Below are positions 25,425 to 38,050 of a stretch of 64,000 bases of DNA, one piece after another. The notes below the pieces were generated by a model, which did not search any database, had not been told where the DNA came from, and saw only the letters and a program-made list of their open reading frames with translations. Origin of the DNA: Azolla caroliniana. Lineage: Eukaryota; Plantae; Polypodiophyta. Each line of letters opens with the position of its first letter. The first letter of the stretch is position 1. The stretch covers positions 17,980,001-18,044,000 of the forward strand of contig JBHGNT010000010.1 of the NCBI GenBank assembly GCA_043228905.1, written 5' to 3'. The position numbers and the translations under genes were made by a program.

Positions 25425-28400
25425 TCATTCCCCGCCCGTCGGTTCTTCCTCGGTTTCGGATCGTTCGTCGTCCTGGTCCAGGTTAACCGGATCCGGCTCG
25501 TCGTCGTGACGCTTCTTGAACGCTTTGATCCATTTCCCAGCTACAGGTATCGCCATTCTCGTGCCGTCAAGTTCCGCCAGATGGTACGTCCCGTTGTCGT
25601 TGGCGCTTTGTACCACGTAAGGCCCGAACGACCTTCTTGCGAACTTCCGTGTCGCTCGGTGCTGGTTGTCGAGGTTGCTGTCATAGACTAGCACCCAGTC
25701 GCCTTCCTCGATCTTCTTTGGTCGGAGCCGGTGCGTCCGGTCGAACCGGGCTTTGTTCCTCGTCCTTGCCACCCGAAGCTTTTCCGCAGCCTTCTCCACG
25801 TCCTCCGGTCTTCGCTCGAGCTGCCGTATGCGCGCTGTCAACAGTTCCTCCCGGCTCATCTCGTCTCTCCAGTCCACGGTTGCCCATGAGGAGATCGTAC
25901 GTTCCATCGGCATGATCGACTTCTGCCCAAACATGAGCTCTGCCGGCATGAATCCGGTTACCGAACTGTGCGTAGTTCGGTCCGCCCACAACGCGTAAGC
26001 CAACAGCGACGGCCAGTTCCCGACTTGACCTCCGCATGCCCGAACTAACGCCTTGACGATCGGTCCGTGTCCGCGCTCCACCTTCCCATTCGCCTCCGGA
26101 TTGTATGCAGTGGTGAGCGAGAGCTTGACTCCTAGCCGGTCGAACAACTCCTCGGCCTCTTCGGCGTCCAACTCCCCGCGATCAGCCACGATCTTCCCGA
26201 CGCACCCGTACCGACATATCACGTCCTCGATCAGGAACCGACATACGGCCGCGATCGTTTTGTTCTGAAGGGCTCGGCCTTCTACCTGATTCGTCAGATC
26301 TTCTCGAGCCAGGACCAGATACCGCATCTGTCCTACGCCCATCGGCATCGTCACCAGATCTACCATCCATTTGAAGTGGATGGTTGGAGGGTACGTAGGG
26401 TGAAGCTCGTCCCGATGCCGGACCATGGAGTGCATCTGACAGCTCTCGCAAGTTGTCACGAACCGATGCACGTCCCGGTACAATCCCGGCCACCAGTACT
26501 TCCCCTTTATCTTCTCGAACGTGGCCCACGTTCCACGGTGTCCAGCCCAAGGGCTGTCGTGGTAGGCCGTCAACAGCTCCTCCTGTTCTTCCTTCATCGC
26601 CACCACCCGGAGCGGGATGCCGTTCCTCTTCTTCGGGTGCTTCCATAAGTATCCGTCCCGGAGAAAGAATTGGTAAGCTTTCTTCCGGATCCGGTTGGCC
26701 TCGTCCTTCGTCCATGACGCATCCGGCGTCATCATCCTCAAAAATCCACCGATCCGGAGCCACTCGCTGTCGTACTTGCTCTCGTCGAAGTCCTGAAGTG
26801 CTGGAGTGCTCGTCCCATCGGTCGTCACATACGCCGCCTCGAAGAAGTCCACGCCGACTTCTTCGTCCTCTGAAACCATGTCGCCCTCGTCTTCAAACCT
26901 CGCCCTCGAAAGCATGTCGGCCATGGGGTTGTCCTTTCCGGAAATGTGCCGTATTTCCGGGTCCAAGGACTTGATGTACGCTATCCACCCTAGCATCGCC
27001 AGGTCCGGTGTCGCGCATCCGGAAACCATGCCGAGAATTGGCAGGCAGTCCATCTCGATAATCACTTCTGTCCCGATCAGGTAGTCTTTGTTGGCCTTTA
27101 CTGCCGAAACGATACCCCAGAGTTCGCGTTTAACCTGGGCGTACCCTCGCTGTCGCTCACTGAGGACCTTCACGCCGAATCGGATCGGGAACCGAATGCC
27201 GTCCTCGTCTTCTTGGTTGACGACCCATCTGATCCCGGTCGGGCTCGTATCCACCGTTATGTATACTGGGGTACCCTTCTCGTAGACAGCCTTCCGGAGC
27301 GCCGGTGCTATCGCAAGAGCTTCCTTCAGCTTCCGGACCGACTCCGTGTGCTCGTCTTGCCACTCGAATTTTCGTCCCTTCTTCAGCAACCCGTATAGCG
27401 GCTCCACAACGTGGGCGTAATGCGGGATCCATATGTGGTAGAACGTGCACGCCCCCAGGATTCTCCGAACTTCCGTAACCGAGCTACAGTCGGTCTTCAT
27501 CGCGGAGATGGCTTCTACTTTTGCCGGAGATGGTTTCCGGCCATACGGTCCACACAGGTGTCCGACCACTAGGATTTCTGATTGCCCGAAGGCCGATTTC
27601 TCCCCGGAGAAGGTGAGCGTCGCATCCTCTAGCCTTTGTAGCACCTTCTCGCAGTCGTCGATGTGTGTTGCCACGAAACGCCGGCATCCGTCCAGCCCGA
27701 CTGCCTCGTCCTTCTCTTCCACCGGGCACCCCTTTATCAGGATGTCGTCCAGAAATGGCATGGTGATGTCCGGGATGCAATCCCTCAGTACCTTGTTCAT
27801 TGCATTCACCATGTGGGCCACCGAGTTGGTCCCTCCTTGTGGCAGGGTACACATTCGCACTAGGCCGAGGGGAGTTCACATCGTCGTAATGTCTCTGCTC
27901 TCCACGGCTAGTTGGAACTGGTCGTACCCCGAGTACAGATCACCGATCGAGTAAATCGACCTTCCGACGAAGGCCTTCGCGAACTCGTCTATGGTCGGTC
28001 CGATTCCTGCATTCCGAATGGTCACTCTGTTGACCGGCTGCAGGTCCTGAATGAAGCGCAATGTTCCGTTTTTCTTTGGTACGGTAAACCATCGGTTCGA
28101 GTATGGCGCGCTTGACGGTTCGAGAATACCCATATCGACTTTCTGCCTCAGTAGCTCCATCAACTCCGGGATGTGAGCTCTTGGTACCGGAATCGGCTTG
28201 AGATTCCACGGCACATGCGGTACCGTGAATATCACCATTGGCTCCACGATCGTCGGGTCTACGCACCCGATCTCTTCCGGCGAGAATGCGAAGGCCTTTC
28301 CGTGCCTTCCGAGCATCCTCCGAAACCGGTCTTCCTCCGCCGGCAGTAGGAACCCGCCCCCACCGATTTTGAGCTCCCGGAGCGTTCCGTCGGTGAAGGT

Positions 28401-28898
28401 GTGTCCTATGTAGACCGGATCTCGCAAACTGGGGTCCGACGCAACCCCTCTGATCCGGGACTCGCTGCCCTCCGGTAAGGGTGCCGCGATTGGCCTTACC
28501 TTCCGGTCCACAGTCTTGTACTTCGTGCTAACTCGGGCCGTCCGATCCGACCCGAGCCCCCGACTGAAGTTCGTGATGACTTCGTACATCTCTTTGGAAC
28601 ATACCGGTATCGTCCGGTCTTCGTTAAGGTCTTCTCCGGCTACCTCCCTCAGCATTCCCAAGGTGTCGTCGAAGGAGACCGCCTCCACAGCTCCGCTGAT
28701 TTCCTCGTCCGGGCCGAGAACTCCGCACACTCGAAGTCGCACTTCCGCCCTTGTCTTTTCTCGGCCAACGATGCCGACTATCATACACCCTCCGTTGTTG
28801 GAGAAGCAAAACTTCCTACCTATCGTACAGTCGTGGGGTTTTTCCCGAGTGTCCGGGCTGTCTCGGCCCCACGCCTTGGCAGCCCTCTCTAAAAATCC
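25425..28898 (-). CDS. Gypsy RT-RNaseH-integrase, with one in-frame TGA at 27876-27878; probably reached by -1 frameshift
   Basis: ORFs 27876-28784 and 25425-27860 share a frame across a single stop (likely CGA>TGA); LRFIQDLQPVN, FLDD, ITVDTS, HHCC, VADRGEL and NGKVERGH motifs. Confidence 0.92.
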
Positions 28899-31040
28899 TC
28901 CCGGTTCTCGCCACCGAGGGATTCCCGGTTTCTCTCGTGGTTTGGCCGCACCGTCAGAAATTGAACCGAATGGCGCCCGTCTTGGCTTTTGACCCTCGCG
29001 TAGGCCGAACCGTTGTCCAGCACCTTGGTCTCCATTCGTGCCGCTGTGATGTACGGTTCCCCTAATATGATCGGATGCGAGGACGTCTCCTGCACGAAGA
29101 AGTGTTGGTCAATCTCGACGTCGCCGATCTTGACACGCACGTTCGGGCAGGCCCCGTGCAGTTCCTCGGTGGCGCGAGTCGCCGCCCGGATCTTCCACCC
29201 GTGCTTGGTGTTGATCTGCCACTTTCCCTTCTTATAGAAGCCCATGGACATCAGGTTTATTTCCGAACCGTGGTCCACCAGTGCCACCACCGGTTCCTGA
29301 ACATCTCCGATCTTTACCGGGGTGTCCGGTCGCTCGGGCCCAGTGTGGCCTCGAATAGTGGCTCTCCGCCCACTCATCTGCCAGCACCGAGTCGTCGATG
29401 TGCGTCGTCCGCACCTCCACCGGTCTCTCCGGTTCTGTCTCCGTCGACAGCCTCTTCCGTTTCACCAAGTCCACAATGGAGTCGTGGAACTCCTTCTTGG
29501 CGATCCCTAGCACCTCCCGTAATGACAGCTCCACTTTGCTGTCAAGGATCCGTTCTTCTAGGACCTTTCGTAGGTCCGTGGTCCTTTCTATTTCCGTCCC
29601 CAGTCGGTATCCGCCCTTCTTGGGGTTATCTTGCGAGCTGGACCCACCGGCATCGTTCTGTCGTTGCCCGAATCGGGTCTCGTACCGTTGTGAGGGCCCG
29701 GCCGCTCCGGCTTTCCCCACTCGTTTGTCTTCTACCAGAGCCTCGTAGTTCCGGCAGGCGGCTTCTACGAAGCCCGTCTTCTCCTCGACCGGATCGTTCC
29801 ACCCGGTTATTTCCCGGACCCGTCTCTGAGCGCGGTCCGTTTCGTCTTTCCTTAGCCGTGCGCCGGCAAGACCTTCGAGCATTGCCGACCAAAATCCGTC
29901 TTTGCCCTCCTTTCGGGCCTCGTTGCCCCCGACCCGAATGTCGGCCGATGCCGAGTAGTGGATGGCCTCCACGTGTCGGGCCGCTGTCTCTTCCATCAGT
30001 CTCTTCATACCTCCTCGTCCGTCGTTTCGGTTTAGGGCTCTTCTGGTGTCGCCGGCGTGCACCCGGCCTTCCCACAGGTACACCACCCGGTTCCTCAACG
30101 CTTCTGCGAAATCGCCGCAGTCCTTCCGGATGTGGCCGACCTCGTCACACCACATGCACCTGTTCTCTGCTGCCGGCCGTCGGGCACGAGCCGGTTCACC
30201 GCCTTCCCTTCGAGTCTGGGCGATCTGGAGATTCTTTATCGCCCGCGTCAACTCCTCCAGCGCTGCTCCTCCGGACGAGCCACTGACCATGCCGGTCGAA
30301 GCCAGACCGGTTCCGAGCCATTCCCGGGTTTCTTCCCTTCGCCCTTGCGGTGCCGGTTCAAGCCTCCTTGTTGTGATAGAGCCCGCATCGGCTGCCCCGT
30401 TATCAGCCCATTCTCGCCGTTTGTCGAAACGGCCACAGACTCTCTTAACCGCAGCCCAGTCAGTCGTCAGCTCGTCTTCGGTTTCCAGCAAGGAGCCGAC
30501 TTGATCCCGGTCCCGCTCGTCCACCGACTTGACGAACAGTAGGACCCGGCTCGTATCCAGAATGGTTCGGTCAAGCGCCGAAAGGCGCGCAAAGCGTTCT
30601 TCGAACTCCCGGAGGAGTGCCGACGCGTTTCTCCCCTTGCCGGGGGACTCCACCCACTCCATGAATTCCCGTTTCGAAAGCCGGAGCGCGTCGTCCAGCC
30701 CGTATTTTTCTAGGAGTCGACCTTCGAACTCCTCCCAGGTACGGCTCTCCGCCCGCACCTCGAGCACCTCCGCATGGATGCTCGGCATCGCCACTCGAGG
30801 GAACCCGGCAAGACGCCTCTCTTCCGGAATGTCCCGCATCAGCATTTCTGCCCTATAGGACGCCAAATACTTCGTGGCATCCCTTCCGCTGAACCGGCCA
30901 ATCGTACCGATGACCGCCTCAATGGCTCTGTCGAGGGCGCCGGAGCCCTCGCGTGCGCTCAATATCCGATCCACGGCCGAAGCCATGGCCTCCGCAAGAT
31001 CCGACCCTTTCATCTTCTGCTCTTCTGCCGCCTCCTTCAC
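28889..31040 (-). CDS. Gypsy Gag plus aspartic protease, broken by one frameshift near 29325
   Basis: Gag with CMWCDEVGHIRKDC knuckle (ORF 29232-31040); protease ALVDHGSEINLM..IILGEPY (ORF 28889-29377). Confidence 0.88.
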
Positions 31041-34000
31041 GTCGGGTTCACCAAGATGTCGAGGTATTCCTCGCGGATGCGTGGAATGAGGCGGGACCTC
31101 GGGGGTCCTGTACCGAAGAGCAAGAGAGAAAGGAGAAGAGACCCACTGCGTGCGAGCGTAGATTCACAGGGACACGGCCCTTCGACACAAAGACGCGAGT
31201 GGGACAGCGACACAGAGAGACACGAATGTATGTATGTATTAACAAAGACAAACAATCAAAACACGAAGTCAGTTACAACCAAACAGGCCGGCGAACAGAT
31301 GCCGATGCCTGTTCGCAAACGCGCAGAAAGGAAGGAGAGGGTTAGAGGTGCTGCCGGAAGCACTCGGGCATTCCTCAGAGCAGCGCGAGCCTCACGAAAC
31401 CTGCACAGAAAGAAGTTATGGAGTTTGCGAGCCAGAGAGAGAGAGAGAAGCCTTCGCCCACAAACCGACAACACTTCGTCCTCGACTCTCCGCGATCCCT
31501 TCCTCTTCCTCGTCTCCCTCCTTTTATAGGCAAGAAGAGAGCCGTTTCCTATTAACTTCCTACCTACTGAATCTACCTACCTCGGATCTTCCATGTCCCT
31601 AATTCTCTCTTATGTACAACGTAAGGCGTACGTGCATGAAGAGCCGGTTCCTATGCTCCGGCGCACCGATTCCGCTTGTGGACGGTTTTCTTCACGACAA
31701 CGTAAACATCATGTGTACTCTTCTCTCTATCGTGTTGTGCTCTCTTCCCAGATTGCTCATGAACCCAATGTCCACTCCAACTGCATATCCTATGTACGAT
31801 CGAGTATACACCATTGCATACATCAGGCTTCCGATTGCTGAGGCATAAGGTACCTTTCATCAGCTTTCTCCATCTTTCTTTTCGGACTTTGCTTTTCGGA
31901 CAGCTTGCAGTTTGGCAAAAGTGTTGACCTGACTAGTTTTGCATCCACCATGCTGAACCTTTGAAGCACCTTCGTCACATACTTTTCATGTGACAACCAC
32001 AATAGCTTCTTCGTCCGGTCCTAGACTAAGTGCATCCCTAATATATGTCTCGCCGAACCCAAATCTTTCATTTAGAAGGACCGGTTCAAGGCCTTCTTCA
32101 GCATCCCGATTTTGATGCGGTCCCGTCTGATGATCAACATGTCGTCCAGGTACAACAAGAGTACTAGGAAATCTCCTCCATCGAACTTCTTCACGAACAC
32201 GTAGTGGTCGACCTGCGTCTTGTGGTATCCTTGGTTAGTCATGAAGGAGTCAAACTTCTGGTACCATTGTCGGGGAGCTTGCTTTAATCCGTATAAGCTC
32301 TACTTCAACTGGCACACCAGGTCCTCCTTACCTTTCTTGATGAATTCTTCCGGTTGTTGCTGTCATCAGCACCTTGGCCCAAAACATCTTGGATAGCTTG
32401 GCATGTGCAACCATACTCCGAACCCTCTCCATTATGGTCCGGTTCATCCTCTCGGCCAACCCATTAAGCTCTAGCGTCTTCGACATGGTGTACTTAGGCC
32501 GGATTCCCTTTGATCGATAGTACTCCTCGAATAACCCTCGGTACTCACCTCCGTTTTCCGCTCGAACTACTTTTAGCTTCTGGTCGGTTTCTCTTTCTAC
32601 TCTCGCATGGAACTCCTTGAAGAGGGGCAGTACCTAGTCCTTCGTCTTCAGTGTGGAGACCCACAACTTCCGGTTGTGGTCATCTATAAAAGTCATGAAG
32701 TACTACGATCTGGAATGTGACTTTGTGTCCACAGAACATACATCAGTATGCACAAACTCAAGTGGTGCCTTCCGTCTCATCGGTGGTCTCGACCGGAAGG
32801 AGTTTCTGTTCTGTTTACCAGCCAAAAAATCAGTGCACCACTCAAGTTGCACGTTGTCTGGAATGACGTTGTCTTCGACAAGTCTCTGCATCCCCTTCTG
32901 GCTCATGTGACACAACCTCTTGTGCCACACCTCACCGACAGTATCAAATGCTATGTTCACTTCTTCCCGGAAAATCCGAGCATGCATCAAGTACAATGTG
33001 TTGATCTTCCAAGCTTGGGCCACAATCAGACTTCCTCTACAAAACTTCATGGTCCCGTTCCGGATGCTACCCATGTAGCCTTCATCGTCTAGTTGACTGA
33101 CTGAAATCAGGTCCAGTCAAACCTCTGGAACGTGTCAGACATCTTTCAATATCATCTTGTACCTGGTTAACATTGTCATCCACACATCTCCTATGCTGAC
33201 AATTCGGCATGATCCCTCATTCCTCATCCTTACACAACTGTGATCTCTACCTTTGTAGGTTGAGAAGCACTTCAGATCGGGGGTCAGATGGAATGACGCT
33301 TCGAAGTCGACTACCCATGTTGATTCATCACTGACAAGGTGCAACTCACTCTCCTCGGTGATTAGCAGCAGTTCCTCTTCGCTTATCGCGATTGCAGATG
33401 TTCCTCTCCTCTTCGAAATCTTCTTCGGTTCGAAGTCGTTGGCTCCCCCTTTTTCTTCCCGGAAGTGTCGACAACTCTTTTGGAAATGCCCCGGTTTCCC
33501 GCAGTAGATACATGTACACTTCCCTCTCAACTTCAACCTCGTTCCCGACTTCTCCTTGTTCATAGGACTTCTATTCTTGCCTCTTCCCCGATTTGAGTCA
33601 TTTTCTGTAACTAAGGTCTTCAGGTCGGTTCCTGACTCCCGCTCCTTCCAGTGTCGAGGAAATCCTCGCGTGTTCGCGAAATGAAGCGGGACCACCGGGG
33701 TCCTGGACCAGAAGGATTCGATGTTTTTAGCAGCATAAGCGAGAAAGTATTGAAGATAGATAGATAGATGAAGAGAGATTGAGAGAGATTGAGATTGAGA
33801 TTGAACCCTTGATTTTAGTTTTACGAGACAAGATACATCACCATTAGGATAACTCCGATTTTGATTAAAAGTTTCTGTTTTTTACTTACATCCCCTTGCC
33901 TCCCTTACACAAGCCCAACTATAGGCTTTTATAGGTCTCTCCATGCAAAAACCATGGGCTAAAACCACAAGATGAAACCATAGGCTAAAACCATGGTTTT

Positions 34001-34075
34001 GTGCCCACGGTTTCTATATGTTTGCTTCCTACAAAATACTAAATATGAAAAGAAAATATACAAATTTTAAAGCAC

Positions 34076-34148
34076 TCAGTAGTGGATTTAGTGGTAAGTT
34101 AATTTGTCTCCTACATTGGAGGTGCAAGGTTCAAGCCTTGCTTCCACC
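34076..34148 (+). ncRNA. tRNA-derived Pol III cassette in LTR U3 (antisense to the element); second copy at ~37103-37175
   Basis: A box TGGATTTAGTGG (TGGCTTTAGTGG in the second copy); B box GGTTCAAGCC inside a T-arm hairpin GCAAGG-TTCAAG-CCTTGC. Confidence 0.65.
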
Positions 34149-34503
34149 CCTATGCATGGACTTAAATGTTACTAGGCTTTAGTCTTATTTTATATTTACA
34201 ATTGAGCGCACATCACACGTGCACATGTTTAACTTTACATCTAGTTTTTCTTTTACAATTCTCATTTCAGTCCTATTTACAACATGCTAGCATATGCATG
34301 TGTTCTTCTCCCCTTTCACACGTGCACATTGCACCTTCTCAATTTCGTTCGTTGCACACAATTTTCACACCATTGCCAAAAATCTTCGCGACATCCACCC
34401 CCACCAAACCGCACGTCCTCCGGTACGTGCCAAGAAGAGAGAGTGTGAGGTTTCGGCTATGGTGATTAGTACGATTCCTCCGTTTCAAGCATGTCCATTC
34501 CCT

Positions 34504-36680
34504 TCACTCGAACCATTGTCGCCATCCAATCCACCATATCATTCGCTCATTCTTTGCTTCACCATGGCTAGTTGTCATGGCCGCTTGTTCTCCTTCCGAG
34601 CATAACCGTTTAGGCTTTATGCATGTTCCACCTTCGTTCCGACCATCTCCTTGGACAAGGCACTCCGCACTTCGTCCATCTTTGTGGTTTCTTCTTATGT
34701 TAGAGTTCTCCATCGATTCCTCGATCTTAATGATAGTGTCCACCTTCAAGTTGAATGTTACATCAATATCTTGAGGAATACCCTTCAAATCTTCTTGGCC
34801 CACTTGGCCCTCGTCTTTTTTTGTTGTGCTTGGTCTCTTTCCCCCACACATCAGCTTCGACCCTTGCTTCCTCATCGTCACTGTCCTTCTCTTGGGTCTT
34901 ACATCGGTTAATGCCCAAGTCTCCAGAACGAGTGTGGAGAGATCCATATGTATTTGTCGGTCACGCCCCGACATTGTTATTTGCGTCGGCTTGAACCTTT
35001 GCTCCCCGTCATCACCTTCTGTCTCTTGGGTCTCATGTTGGCTTTGAACCACAATTGCCCAAGTCTCTAGAACATGTGCGAAGGAATCCATTTGTCTTTG
35101 GTCAATCGCCTTCGACACCTTTGTCTTGATGTCATCATTCACATTAGATTGGAACTCCCCCTTGTTGCCACCTTCCGTCTCTTGGGTCATCTATTGGTTC
35201 TCCGATGCAACTGCCCAAGTCTCTGGAACCAATGAGGGAAAGTCTTGTCATTGCCATCATTCACCATCGACTCGTTGATATCTATCTTTGCCTCGATGTT
35301 GTGCACACCATCTTGGTCCTTCTCCTTACTATCACCTTCCATCTCTTGGGTCTCACGTTGGCTCTCTACAACTGCCCAAGTCTCCGGAACTTGTGTGAAG
35401 GAATCCTCAATGTGGCCATCTGCCATTAATTCTTTCATAGCCACCTCTGACTTGATGTCATTTCTTATGGCTATCTCTTCAATCTCATGGTCCTCATACC
35501 CATTGACCTTCTTCATCGAGCAAGCTTCGATTATCCTTCTCTCTTCGTCGCATGTATTCGTTTCGACCTTCGCCTCCTCGCCGACACCTTCCATCTCTTG
35601 GGTCTCACGTTGGTTCGTGGACACAACTGCCCAAGTCTCTGGAGCATGTGTGGAGAAAATCCGGCTATGGTCGTTGTCGACACTTGTTGTCTTATTCATA
35701 GTCACCTCCTCGATGTCATGTTTAGCGGCTAGATCCTCAATTACACTAGCCTCGCACTCTTTATCTCCATTTATGCAAGCTTCGATTAGGCTTGCTCCTT
35801 CATCATCTGATGTTTCAAACACGACACATGTTCCGAAACATTTGTCCTCCTTTGAAATGGTTGTCATCGTTCTTGAGTCATCATCAATCTTCTTTTCATG
35901 TTGGATGCGTTGTTTAGGCGTCTCGACTTCTTTAGATGGTTTTGTTTTCCCCACGCTCGACCTTACCAAGTCAATGTCATCAAGCCATTGATGACGCTTG
36001 TTGATCTTGTTGCATGCTTGCTTCACCGCAAGCCAGTCCACCACAAGCCCGTTCGCTTGGGTATCATCTTCGAGGAGAGTCCCCAACTCTCGTCTATCCT
36101 TCATGTCCACAGCCTTCAAGAAGTACAAAGTCTTGTCCTCCTCAATCAGCACTTGGTCCGTGGCGGGGAGACGACTAAACATTTGGTCGAACTTGTTGTA
36201 TACCCTCGAGGCGCTCATCTTCTTATTTTTCTTTTCTATCCACTTCATCAAGACATGTTGAGTCATCCTCGACAAATCTTCCATCGCAAACTCTGCTAAT
36301 ATTGCTCTTTCAAACTCTGACCACGTTGTCTTCCTTTCTTGAAGGTCGATGACCCGCCTTTGGACGTTGTTGGCAGCAACTCGCTTGAAACTCGAGATTT
36401 GGCATGCTTCAAACATGTCCCTTTGATTCATCTCCCTTTTGTATACATCCAGGAACTTCATAATGTACCTTCCATCAAATTGACCCTCGACCTCCACGAC
36501 ACGGTTGACGACCTTCTCCACGCTCGCATCGTTGTCCCGAAATCTCATCATTTGCTCGAAGATTATCATCATTCTTTCGAACTCTCCCACTTGATTGTTT
36601 GAGGATGCCATCTCCAAGTATCGGTCGATCCTCGACTTGATCCTTTCTACCGCCTCTTTCACGTCGGGTTCACCAAGTAA
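34504..36680 (-). CDS. Gag-like protein with an acidic repetitive C-terminal extension (frameshift/stop near 35190-35240)
   Basis: FDGRYIMKFLDVYKREM..TWSEFE..LPATDQVLI aligns by eye to FSGRDATKYLASYRAEM..TWEEFE..LSALDRTIL of the neighbouring Gag; five ETWA motifs follow. Confidence 0.75.
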
Positions 36681-37350
36681 GATGTCGAGGTAATCCTCGC
36701 GTGTTTGCGAAATGAAGCGGGACCACCGGGGTCCTGGACCGGAAGGATTCAATGTTTTTAGCAGCGTAAGCGAGAAAGTATTGAAGATAGATAGATGGAT
36801 GAAAAGAGAGAGAGAGAGAGAGAGATTGAACCCTTAACTTTAGTTTTATGAGACAAGATACATCACCATTAAGATAACTCCAATCTTTAATTAAAAGTTT
36901 TTTTTTTTTTACTTACATCCCCTTGCCTCCCTTACACAAGCCCAACTATAGGATTTTATAGGTCTCTCCATGCAAAAACCATGGGCTAAAACCACAAGCT
37001 AAAACCATGGGCTAAAACCATGGTTTTGTGCCCACGGTTTCTATATGTTTGCTTCCTACAAAATACTAAATATGAAAAGAAAATATACAAATTTTAAAGC
37101 ACTCAGTAGTGGCTTTAGTGGTAAGTTAATTTGTCTCCTACATTGGAGGTGCAAGGTTCAAGCCTTGCTTCCATCCCTATGTATGCACTTAAATGTTACT
37201 AGGCTTTAGTCTTATTTTATATTTACAATTGAGCGCACTTCACACGTGCACATGTTTAACTTTACATCTACCTTTTCTTTTACGATTCTCATTTCAGTCC
37301 TATTTACAACATGCTAGCATATGCATGTGTTCTTCTCCCCTTTCACACGT

Positions 37351-37935
37351 TGTCGTGAAGAAAACCGTCCCCAGGCGCAAACCGTGCATAGCGTGTGTGA
37401 ACCGGCCCTTACACGTGGGCACGCCCCTTGTTGTACAGTAGATAGGTAGGCACAAAGCTCAGATCCTAGGTAGCAATATTCTATAGGGAGAATCGAGGAG
37501 TATCTCTGTCCGAAAGGACAGAGAATTAATGTGATGTAAACGGGTAAGACGGCCTCCCTCCTTGAGCTATAAAAGAGAGGGAGACGGGAAGAGAAGGGGA
37601 TCGCGTGCTAGAGGGAACGAAGTGCTGTCGGACTGGGACCGAGCTCTTCTTCTCTGTTGTTCTCCATAGTTTCTTTTGCGCAGGTTCTCAGGAGGCTGAT
37701 TCTGCTCCGTGGAACGCCCGTGTGCTTCCGGCAGAATCTCCATCTTGCTCTCCTGTGTGCGTGGGTGTTTAGGCTTCGGCATCCACCTCGCCGACCTGAT
37801 CGGCTGTAACCGTTCGAGTCGTCTGCATACTTACAAATACATGCCTATTTTTACATACATACTCTAGTGTTCTCAACTCGTGTATCCTGTGTTGTTGTGC
37901 CGCGTCCCCGTGCGCTTCTTTGTCTATATGTGAGC

Positions 37936-37979
<44 letters not shown>

Positions 37980-38050
37980 TCACCTATTCCTCGGTCCAAG
38001 ACCCCAGTGGTCCCGCCTTGTTCTCCACGCACATGTGTAACAATGCGACA
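37351..38050 (+). mobile_element. Solo LTR (700 bp) of the Trp-Gypsy clan
   Basis: TGTCGTGAAGAAAACCGTCC...GCGACA; TSD ACGT on both sides; shares TATA/R/U5 blocks with LTR 31057-31699. Confidence 0.92.

Larger units (their letters stand above)
24709..31699 (-). mobile_element. Near-intact GC-rich Ty3/Gypsy LTR retrotransposon (no chromodomain), tRNA-Trp primed
   Basis: 643-bp LTRs 24709-25351 and 31057-31699 (about 7 mismatches by eye); 4-bp TSD ACGT; PBS TGGTGAACCCGACGTGAA (31036-31053) complementary to the plant tRNA-Trp 3' end; PPT ~25352-25365; inserted into a Copia LTR fragment. Confidence 0.96.

Noticed and set aside
24651-25691. Plus-strand ORFs across the LTRs and antisense ORFs over the GC-rich Gypsy (also 29075-30286, 30774-31529)
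   Set aside because: These are shadow ORFs expected from high GC and LTR duplication; no recognisable domains.
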